Below, one piece after another: positions 49,015-59,320 of a DNA stretch of 64,000 bases. A model generated the notes under the pieces. It was not told the origin of the DNA. It made no database searches and saw only the letters and a list, made by a program, of their open reading frames with translations. The stretch is from Anthoceros angustus (Eukaryota; Plantae; Anthocerotophyta): contig MU008179.1 in NCBI GenBank assembly GCA_010909165.1, positions 310,001 through 374,000 on the forward strand. The letters run 5' to 3'. A program made the translations under genes and the position numbers. The stretch's first letter is position 1, and each line of letters starts with the position of its first letter.

Positions 49015-52000
49015 TGTGCACACACAAAACACAGACATCTCAGGCCCCGTTCCTCCTGTGCAATAAACCACAGCTGATGACTTCACACGGCTTGCCAGAC
49101 AGTCAGATGCTCACCTAGCCTCGAATTCGTACACTTGGACCAACTCCAAGCCATGGCTGTCATTCCACTGGACAGTGCGCTTCACCAGCAGGTTGACATC
49201 ACTTGCGCCAATTGAGTCTTCAGCATCCGCACCCCAGCCGGGCCTGTAGCCTCCCTACCGTGACTGGTATCAGCTTCTGCAACCCGAGCTCCGCGCGATC
49301 CCTGACTGGCGGACTTGGCAGAGTGCAAGATTGACACGGGCTTCCGAGGAACTGCGGGCTGCGCCGGACGCTGAGGCACGTGACCATTCCCGGATTGAAC
49401 GGCATCCTGATCACTGACCTCCGAGGCTGGAGGCGGCGGAGACGCCGGCGGCAGGGGGACCGAGGGCGCCATGTCCGCATTCCCGGAGCCTGTGAAGGAA
49501 CGGAGGGTGTCCACCTTGAGAGGCCCTTCCCCGGGAGGGCAGCAGCAACACAACAACGAGGCGCACCCGATGGGCGCTCCCTTGTCAGGCGCCAGCGATG
49601 GCCGCTTTTCTCAGCCCCCTGTCCGCCGGCTCGTGCTCCCTCACTCCTCCACACTCCCACCTCGAGCCCCTCTCATGGATGTGACGAAGGGTCCCGCTGC
49701 ACCTACACCTGCTACATGCGCCGCGTCCGAGCCAGGAAATGCGTCCGCCCCGGCCCCGGCCCCGCCAGCATCCCCGTTCCCCGCTCACACCAAACCAGAA
49801 CACGCCGCCGATCCTCCCAAGACCTAACCACACCGGCATCGTCATGTCGGCCGCCACGCCTCCGCCCGCGGCCTCCCGTGGCGCCCTCCCCCATCTCTCC
49901 AGCACCTCCATCCCCTCCTGCACCTCCGCCCCCATCCCCGCCCTGACCTGCACAATCCCCGGCTCCTGCCAGCCTGGCCCCAGGGCCGCCACAAGTCAAG
50001 CTCACACCAAAATGCACTCCTACATCTCACTCACATCCTACGACCGCACGCACGCAGATCAGCAAGAAGCACAGCAGGAACAAACAACACCAGCTGCTCC
50101 CGCAAACAAGCCAAGCTCCAGCACCAGCTCCCGCAGCTCACCTCGGCTTCCGAATTCTCCCCGCAGCGGCACACAAGCATGAGACTGCCGAGCTCCGGCC
50201 GGGACTGGCCCTCGCCGATCCGCCACGGAATGCACGCCGTCCGCTCCGCTGCTGGCAGCGGCGGGCCAGAGAACAGCAAGCGCTGCGATACGGGAGACAG
50301 AGCAGTGAGTCGCGACTCGCGACTCAAGCACGACTCACGACTCACGACTCACGACTCACGACTCACCTGCCGAAGGGGACGCAGGCGATGCAACGGGCAC
50401 AAGGGCCGGGAGCTGGGAAGGGAAGGAGCGACGAGGAGGAGGGAGGAAGGGAAGAGGGAGCTGTGGCGAGGAGATCGCGAAGCTGGGGGGCAGCTTGCCT
50501 GGAGCCGCTAGGAGAGAGACACCGTGCGTGGAGCGTACCAAGAGAAACGACGACAGGGCAGACACAGGCCTGCTCGCTTGTGCCACGTCGGTTAAGCTTA
50601 ACGCAATGTCCACAATGTCCTGAGCGGCAGCCTCTCTGTCCTGGTGCTCAGGTAGTGCGCCTCCACCTGCACTATCCAGCTCTCCACCAGCCTCTCTATC
50701 TCCTGGCGGAAGTCCTCTCCAGCACCTCCATCCCCTCCGCACCTCCGCCCCGGGCTCGCATCCCCGCCCCAGCCCCTGACCTGCACAATCCCCGGCTCCT
50801 GCCAGCCTGGCCCCAGGGCCGCCACAAGTCAAGCTCACACCAAAATGCACTCCTACATCTCACTCACATCCTACGACCGCACGCACGCAGATCAGCAAGA
50901 AGCACAGCAGGAACAAACAACACCAGCTGCTCCCCGCAAGCCAAGCTCCAGCACCAGCTCCCGCAGCTCACCTCGGCTTCCGAATTCTCCCCGCAGCGGC
51001 ACAAGCATGAGACTGCCGAGCTCCGGCCGGGACTGGCCCTCGCCGCTCCATATGCCGTTGCTCAACCAGGGTGATCCATTCGTACACTTGGACCAACTCC
51101 AAGCCATGGCTGTCATTCCACTGGACAGTGCGCTTCACCAGCAGGTTGACATCACTTGCGCCAATTGAGTCTTCAGCATCCGCACCCCAGCCGGGCCTGT
51201 AGCCTCCCTACCGTGACTGGTATCAGCTTCTGCAACCCGAGCTCCGCGCGATCCCTGACTGGCGGACTTGGCAGAGTGCAAGATTGACACGGGCTTCCGA
51301 GGAACTGCGGGCTGCGCCGGACGCTGAGGCACGTGACCATTCCCGGATTGAACGGCATCCTGATCACTGACCTCCGAGGCTGGAGGCGGAGACGCCGGCG
51401 GCGGCAGGGGACCGAGGCGCCATGTCCGCATTCCCGGAGCCTGTGAAGGAACGGAGGTGTCCACCTTGAGAGGCCCTTCCCGGGAGGCAGCAGCAACACA
51501 ACAACGAGGCGCACCCGATGGGCGCTCCTTGTCAGGCGCCAGCGATGGCCGCTTTTCTCAGCCCCTGTCCGCCGGCTCGTGCTCCCTCACTCCTCCACAC
51601 TCCCACCTCAGCCCCTCTCTCATGGATGTGACGAAGGGTCCCCCGCTGCACCTACACCTGCTACATGCGCCGCGTCCGAGCCAGGAAATGCGTCCGCCCC
51701 GGCCCCGGCCCCGCCAGCATCCCCGTTCCCCGCTCACAAACCAGAACACGCCGCCGATCCTCCCAAGACCTAACCACCGGCATCGTCATGTCGGCCGCCA
51801 CGCCTCCGCCGCGGCCTCCCGTGGCGCCCTCCCCGTCTCTCCAGCACCTCCATCCCCTCCGCACCTCCGCCCCGGGCTCGCATCCCCGCCCCAGCCCCTG
51901 ACCTGCACAATCCCCGGCTCCTGCCAGCCAGCCCCAGGGCCGCCACAAGTCAAGCTCACACCAAAATGCACTCCTACATCTCACTCACATCCTACGACCG

Positions 52001-53440
52001 CACGCACGCAGATCAGCAAGAAGCACAGCAGGAACAAACAACACCAGCTGCTCCCGCAAACAAGCCAAGCTCCAGCACCAGCTCCCGCAGCTCACCTCGG
52101 CTTCCGAATTCTCCCCGCAGCGGCACACAAGCATGAGACTGCCGAGCTCCGGCCGGGACTGGCCCTCGCCGATCCGCCACGGAATGCACGCCGTCCGCTC
52201 CGCTGCTGGCAGCGGCGGGCCAGAGAACAGCAAGCGCTGCGATACGGGAGACAGAGCAGTGAGTCGCGACTCGCGACTCAAGCACGACTCACGACTCACG
52301 ACTCACGACTCACGACTCACCTGCCGAAGAGGAAGGGGACGCAGGCGATGCAACGGGCACAAGGGCCGGGAGCTGGGAAGGAAGGAGCGACGAGGGCAGG
52401 GAAGGGAGGAAGGGAAGAGGAGCTGTGGCGAGGAGATCGCGAAGCTGGGGCAGCTTGCCTGGAGCCGCTAGGAGAGAGACACCGTGCGTGGAGCGTACCA
52501 AGAGAAACGACGACAGGGCAGACACAGGCCTGCTCGCTTGTGCCACGTCGGTTAAGCTTAACGCAATGTCCACAATGTCCTGAGCGGCAGCCTCTCTGTC
52601 CTGGTGCTCAGGTAGTGCGCCTCCACCTGCACTATCCAGCTCTCCACCAGCCTCTCTATCTCCTGGCGGAAGTCCTCTCCAGCACCTCCATCCCCTCCTG
52701 CACCTCCGCCTGGGCTCGCATCCCCGCCCCAGCCCTGACCTGCACAATCCCCGGCTCCTGCCAGCCTGGCCCCAGGGCCGCCACAAGTCAAGCTCACACC
52801 AAAATGCACTCCTACATCTCACTCACATCCTACGACCGCACGCACGCAGATCAGCAAGAAGCACAGCAGGAACAAACAACACCAGCTGCTCCCGCAAACA
52901 AGCCAAGCTCCAGCACCAGCTCCCAGCTCACCTCGGCTTCCGAATTCTCCCCGCAGCGGCACACAAGCATGAGACTGCCGAGCTCCCGGCGGGACTGGCC
53001 CTCGCCGATCCGCCACGGAATGCACGCCGTCCGCTCCGCTGCTGGCAGCGGCGGGCCAAGAGAGAACAGCAAGCGCTGCGATACGGGAGACAGAGCAGTG
53101 AGTCGCGACTCGCGACTCAAGCACGACTCGACTCACGACTCACGACTCACGACTCACCTGCCGAAGAGGAAGGGGACGCAGGCGATGCAACGGGCACAAG
53201 GGCCGGGAGCTGGGAAGGGAAGGAGCGACGAGGGAGGAGGGCAGGGAAGGGAGGAAGGAGCTGTGGCGAGGAGATCGCGAAGCTGGGGCAGCTTGCCTGG
53301 AGCCGCTAGGAGAGAGACACCGTGCGTGGAGCGTACCAAGAGAAACGACGACAGGGCAGACACAGGCCTGCTCGCTTGTGCCACGTCGGTTAAGCAACGC
53401 AATGTCCACAATGCCGTACGCCGTGGAGCTTAAGGGTAAG
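49015..53440. repeat. Mosaic of partial copies of 45015-46690 interleaved with fragments of 56173-56298 and 56632-56681
   Basis: Direct sequence comparison; all junctions fall on 9-10 bp microhomologies. Confidence 0.88.
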
Positions 53441-54358
53441 TTGGTAAGTGGACTAAAATAAACTTCTTCTTGGGTGGGCTATGCGCCCCGATAGTATACC
53501 ACGTGCTAGACAGACCTAAGTTTAGATAGACATACACTTGTTGCCCTTGGGTATCACCGGATTAAGTTATAGTAACTTTTAGTGTTAAAATTAATATTTT
53601 CTTAGACTTTAATATTTTCAACATCTAAATATTACTGTGAATTTATTAATTATTAAAATAATTTGATTATTATAAATTAATATTATAATATTTTATCTCA
53701 ATAAAATTAAACAGTTTTATATTATAATATTATTAAAATAGATAGAAATAATATTTGAAGGTTATCCTTTAAGCAATGAACGATGTATACACTTAGCAAG
53801 TGATGTTAAAATTCAAGTAGAAACATGGGTGCAATCCGATGTATGTCTTATCTTATCTTTTTATGTCATAGATTGAAATTTAAGTGAAATGTCATAGACT
53901 GAAATTTAAGTGAATTTAGTCTGTAACCCATACTTTTTGGATGTGCTACGACTCATGTAAGTCTCCACCTTTGCTCCCCCCTACCTGCAATGTCGCAACA
54001 ATTATAAGTTGTCATATAAATGACAAACCCACTCAAATTGGACTTCTGTGTATGCCAAAAGATAGATTCTCTAAGAATATTTATTTTTAAATATTAAAAC
54101 TATATATAATGATCCCCTTTAGAATCAATTTTATATAATTAAATATTTTGGATATAATATTTCAAAAATTAGCTAAACTACTAAAATAATTAGATTGGTA
54201 TCTATATCTAGTAATTTCTTAACTATTTTAAAATAAAAATTCCACACATCCTGATTAGAAGCATGGAGAAAGTAGACTACTAATTTAAAGCTATACATAA
54301 TCTATAAGGTTATTAATTTTCAAGGTGGTGTGACATTCATGTACCATTACTGACAACC

Positions 54359-54730
54359 ATGACAAACTTGCAAAAATTGTTCAAGAATATTATGATAATT
54401 GGGTTTCAATTATCTCTACTTGTACTTGCATGTATCCTTGAAGCGAAGGAGCTAGCAGTTAAACCCATGCAAGCATCAGATCACACTCGCGAGACTGTCT
54501 TAGAGTGTCCATGCACCGTGATTCCAGACATAAAGAAACACATGTGTCCTCCAGCGGAGGTTTGGATATGCTCATGTGATGATTATCCGCGATCTAGATG
54601 TTTTAGAGATGAGGAAATGTCATACGCAAGGTGCTATGACTTGGACAATAGAGATTTTCTAGTAGCAAACATTCGCTGTAAATGTCCATTTGAATGCAAT
54701 CTTTGTATACAAGAAGTAGTGGAGTCGTAA
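54359..54730 (+). CDS. Putative secreted cysteine-rich protein, 123 aa, intronless
   Basis: Hydrophobic N-terminus IMIIGFQLSLLVLACILEA, 11 Cys in the predicted mature part with three CxC motifs, TATA-like ctataag ~55 bp upstream, open frame within AT-rich DNA. Confidence 0.6.
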   Translation: MTNLQKLFKNIMIIGFQLSLLVLACILEAKELAVKPMQASDHTRETVLECPCTVIPDIKKHMCPPAEVWICSCDDYPRSRCFRDEEMSYARCYDLDNRDFLVANIRCKCPFECNLCIQEVVES

Positions 54731-55498
54731 TATTTGCATTAGTGACATGTTCTAGAAAGTATAATTGAAGAGAGAGCATTTTATTCAAATCAATTTTGAT
54801 ATCCAAACTTTGGTTAACTATGAAAAATATTTTATAATATTTTATTTTAAAATAAATTTATTTTTATCAATCATAACATTGGCATTATCTGATTTCAATA
54901 TTCAAATCAGCTAATAAACATTTAAGATTCTTTAGGCTCGAGGTTTGGAAAGGTAGGAGGTTCTAAGGTACAAAGGAGACAACATCTTTCCACTACAAGA
55001 AACAAAGGAGACAACATTCGAAGAATAAGACTCACCATGCAATCAGACAAACGTTTAAGCAGACATTTAAGTTTTTTACTACCAGTTAATACAAGTTTAT
55101 TTATATCTATTTAAAATATCAATATTAATATTAATAAAAAAATTTGACCAAAGTATCAAGGATCCATATGAGCTATTAGATGGGCTCACCGCATCTCTCC
55201 TCTTTCAATAAGTAACCCTATATAAACTATTAAATAGTTTTTTTATTCACGAATTGGAATTTAAAGAGGAATTTGTTCCGTAATTGTAAGGAGGGTGTAC
55301 CTTGGGCCACAATCTAGGAAGGCACTTAACAGGGCGTCTTCTTTGCATTGTTGGTTTGAATTGTCTAAGAAAACCTCATCAATATGCGAACTGTCTAAGA
55401 TACCTGCGAAAGTATCCTATCTAGCTTGGTACTCCATTTTCACTTGTTCTATGAGTTTTGGTGAATGCAACTTTTGTTTGCTCTGAATGTTTCTCCAC

Positions 55499-55640
55499 TT
55501 TCTGCTTTTAAAAACCTTTGTTGTGATATATGCTTGACTATAGGCAGGTTCTTTTGCATTTTCACTCCTTTCTGCTTTTAAAAACCTTTGTTGTGATATA
55601 TGCTTGACTATAGGCAGGTTCTTTTGTATTTTCACTCCTT
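55499..55640 (+). repeat. 70-bp direct repeat x2 (also at ~48717-48855)
   Basis: tctgcttttaaaaacctttgttgtgatatatgcttgactataggcaggttcttttg at 55501 and 55571. Confidence 0.92.
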
Positions 55641-55932
55641 CTACAAGTAAATGGATAGATGTTTCAATTCCATGCAAGTGTGGGCTAGACCGTACCATAA
55701 TCCGTTCGTTTTTAGGAACATCATATGGTCTTCAAATCTCCAATTCATCTACATTAGTTGAACACTTCAAATGGATAGTAATCCCATCACTAACAAGAAA
55801 TGTGGAGATGATGTCCATGCTAAGGTTGCAACAACCCCTTAGTATGTGGCAAATTGCCAACCATAACATGTTGGCAGAATTGGGCGCATGGGAACAAACA
55901 GACGAGGCCGATTCCTGGATTGTGGCCAGCGC

Positions 55933-58758
55933 TCAACCCAAACCCTCGTCTCGATGCATTTGGGCAGCTTGTTCCATCTGCCGTGCCTCAAGGTGCTGAG
56001 TGTGCCTGCGCTCCACGGTGGCAAGCCAACCATCCATCTGCTCCTGAATAGCCTGTTGCAGGCTGACAGGGTCGTCAGCACCAGACAGGGGCACACCAGG
56101 CTGCTCCTCTCCGCCTGCTGCGCCTTGTGAAGAGGACGTGGGGTCACGTGAGTCTATCCAGCTTTCCATTTGGTCCACAATGTCCTGAGCGGCAGCCTTT
56201 ATTCTCTCTCTGTCCTGGTGCTCAGAGTAGTGCGCCTCCACCTGCACTATCCAGCTCTCCACCAGCCTCTCTATCTCCTGGCGGAAGTCCTCTCCAGCCA
56301 GAGGTTGCCCAGATCTTGTTGGCTCTTCCGCCACCTGTTGCTCTATCGTCCGAATCCACCTTTCCACTTCCTGTTCAATCTCTTTCCGAATGGATTCGGG
56401 GTCAGGTCTCTCGGGTTCTGGAGCGGGTGCTGGCTTGGGCTTCTTCCTTTTCTTGGGTTTGACGGGTGGCTTGGGCGTCTCGGGTCTCCCGGCCCAATGT
56501 TGTTCAGCAGCAGCACCGGCAGCAGCAGCGTCGCTGACAGGAGTCATGAGAAAGTCGAGCAAACTCTGGCTGGGCTCTGCATTGGATTGGTCGGAGACCA
56601 CAGCCTCCGTTATCATCAACGCGCCCATCTCCCCTCGCCGCTCCATATGCCGTTGCTCAACCAGGGTGATCCATTCGTACATCTGATCCTCAACGTCTTC
56701 TCCTATAGCTCTTTTCAGCTCCTTCTCCTTCTTGGCAGATTTGATTTTATCGCCCACTTCCTGGTCCATGGAATCATGGTTAGCCCCGTTGAGATGACAC
56801 AAGGAGAGACGTGTGTCTGCCTGCCGACGCACAGGAGAGAACGTGCCTGCAATAGTTTAAGCAGCTTTTTCTTGCACTTGGCCAGAGTCTCTGTTCGCGA
56901 GTCCGGCGCCTCCTGCAGTAACATTGCGGTGACGGTGCACTTCCAGTTGTCAGTCCAGAATCCAATGCCCAACAGACATGGATCACACGATCTGCCACAA
57001 GGAACGAGATAACTCACCCCCCAGTCTTCCATCATGATCTTGTCAGCTAGCCGCTTTGTGCCTGCGAGCATGTTGATGAGGTTTCCCGAATGCCTGGGCA
57101 CTCTGGGGGCAGACATGCGATCCAGCAAGCCTATAACCCTGCCTGTTCCCTTCACTGCTGCCATGAGTGTAGGGGCGAACAAGGGCCCACGTCTGCGGTT
57201 CTCTATGTGCAAAACCTCGTTCATGACATGAATGCCCGGGATGTTTTGCCTCAACATAGCCCTCTGCAACGGTACCTTGGATCAGGCTCCATAACCTCCG
57301 GGACAGGCAAGGATGAAATGACCAATCTTTTCTTACTTGAGTAGCAGTGAGGGTGGTGTTGCATTCCACGTCCATAATCTGCCTGTACATCTGCTCATAG
57401 TACTGTGTCCGCTTTTCCTGTTCCAGAAGCTGCATAAACAACTCCTTCATGGTAGGTTGGTTGAAGGTATCTCGTATCTTAGCGATCTCCACATTCATTT
57501 CCGCCATCTCTGCTTTGGAATCCGCTGTCTGCAATCATCCAACGACAGGGCTTAAGACCAGCTGCAGCTGTTCCCCTGTTAAAACAAGACATGAAAAGGG
57601 CATGGCGAGCGAGGATCTACTTTTTTATCGTGATGGAAGCGGATTTCTGAGTATCGGCCAGCCAAGAGGATCTGTTAAGCAACAGTGTCGGTAACAATGC
57701 ATGAGAAGAGCGCGGGGCTGGGAGCCATCCCCGCAACAGCAATATGACGGTAAAGAAAGAAAAGCACGGAGGCAAGAAAGCACAAGACTCACCTACTTCG
57801 TCAAGCTCGTACTTGGATTGAGTCCGTGCCCTTTCAGCATCATGGTAGAAAAACCGGAGATTCTTGAGGTGTCTTCCTTTGGTTTTCAACACCTTCTCGT
57901 AGTTCGCCATCTGCAGTGCCACCGCATGGTTACTCGTGGAGCAAATGACAGGCATATCGTGCCAGCTGCTCACACATGAGTGTGACCCATGAATCCTCGT
58001 CCAGAAATCATACCATGACTTCAAAGGCAGCCCTCTCCCGACGCATCGGGGTGACAGTTGCAGTATAGCTTTTCCGCAACGCCTTGGAGGCCCGTATCCT
58101 GTTCTGTATCAAGGAAATATGCGCCTCCATTCTGTAAAGAGCACTTCTGTCTTGCACAATTCCCCTGAGGTCAAGTTGCGCGGCCTTGGCGTTGCTAATC
58201 TGCTTGTCCAGCTGCGCACCCAACAGAAACATCAATCACGAAGATGGCGCCACAAAACAAGTACGCTGCCAAATCAGCATGACCCCACACAGAAAACCCA
58301 GGTCTCAAGCTTCTTCGGATCCACCTCTATCTGCTTGAGCAGCACCAAATTCTTCTGGTCGTCGGAAATCCGCCGCAGAAACTTCACCCTCTCCACGTGC
58401 CTCTGCATGTCGCTCACGCGGAAGGAAGCCTTGTCCGCAAACAGCAGCGCGTCCAGCGCTGCCCTGAGTTGCCTGTTCTCCACCTTGGCAGCTCGTATCT
58501 TGGTCCGATTCCTCTCCATCTCGATCTCCGCGGCTTCATGGTAAGCCTTCCCACACACCCCTGCCCGACAACGCACACCCACAAGGCCCCTTCTGTCAAT
58601 GCCATGGCCCCCAAATCGAGCGGGCGGCGGGAGAACGGAGCCCCGGGAAAAAATATCATACCCAAGCGCGAGAAATTAAACTCCAAATCAAGCGTCCGAT
58701 CCCTGGCAATGGCAGCTGCCCTGGCAGCTCCCCCGGCCGCGCCTGTGGGAGCATTCAT
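55933..58758 (-). CDS. Ciliary coiled-coil protein, CCDC151/CCDC114 (outer-dynein-arm docking complex) family-like, with a low-complexity C-terminal extension; multi-exon
   Basis: Exon peptides KAYHEAAEIEMERNRTKIRAAKVENRQLRAAL, IQNRIRASKALRKSYTATVTPMRRERAAFE, LKNLRFFYHDAERARTQSKYELDE and IAKIRDTFNQPTMKELFMQLLEQEK align by eye, in order, with remembered CCDC151/ODA1-type segments. Confidence 0.55.
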
Positions 58759-59320
58759 CGCGACAACCTGCTGCTGGAAGACGTGGCTCTCACTTCCCTC
58801 CCCTCCTAGGCCTCCCAAGCGATTTCACCAAAATCACATCACAACAGCGTCCATCCTTCTTTCTTTCCCTCGGTGGGGTGGCGAACACCATTCATCAGAT
58901 TCGTGCTTTGCTGGGGAAGCCGCAAATGCACCAAAAAGAGCGGCGGTGGTTTAGGAGCGGGGGCAGTTAGGTTGGCCGAACTGTCAGTGGGCAGGGACCT
59001 ACAACGGTCGGTTCAAGCCCTCCTCACCCAAAAAGCCCGCGGCACAAAACGAGAAAAAACCCGAATCATAAATGGAGCTACAAACCATGCGGAATAGCCA
59101 CATGATGCGACAAAGGTAGCTAGCTCCGGCTTGTCTGCCAAACCCTGGCAGGAAAAGAACAAACTGCTGGAAGCAAGCTGAGAAAATCGGTGTAGCAGAG
59201 GATGGTCTCTGCAAGGCAAAACTTGGCTTGGCCTGCCACAGGCTCTCTCGCTTATCTCCTCTGCGAGAGAGGCAAGCAAGGAGAAAAAGGGAAGGGGAAG
59301 GGAGAGAGGGAAACCAGCAG

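Noticed and set aside
51457-53433. 658-aa plus-strand ORF
   Set aside because: Runs across rearranged duplicate fragments, antisense to real exons; a low-complexity product of GC-rich mosaic sequence.
55417-55698. 93-102 aa minus-strand ORF (also 48604-48912)
   Set aside because: Built largely from the 70-bp direct repeat, with no motif.
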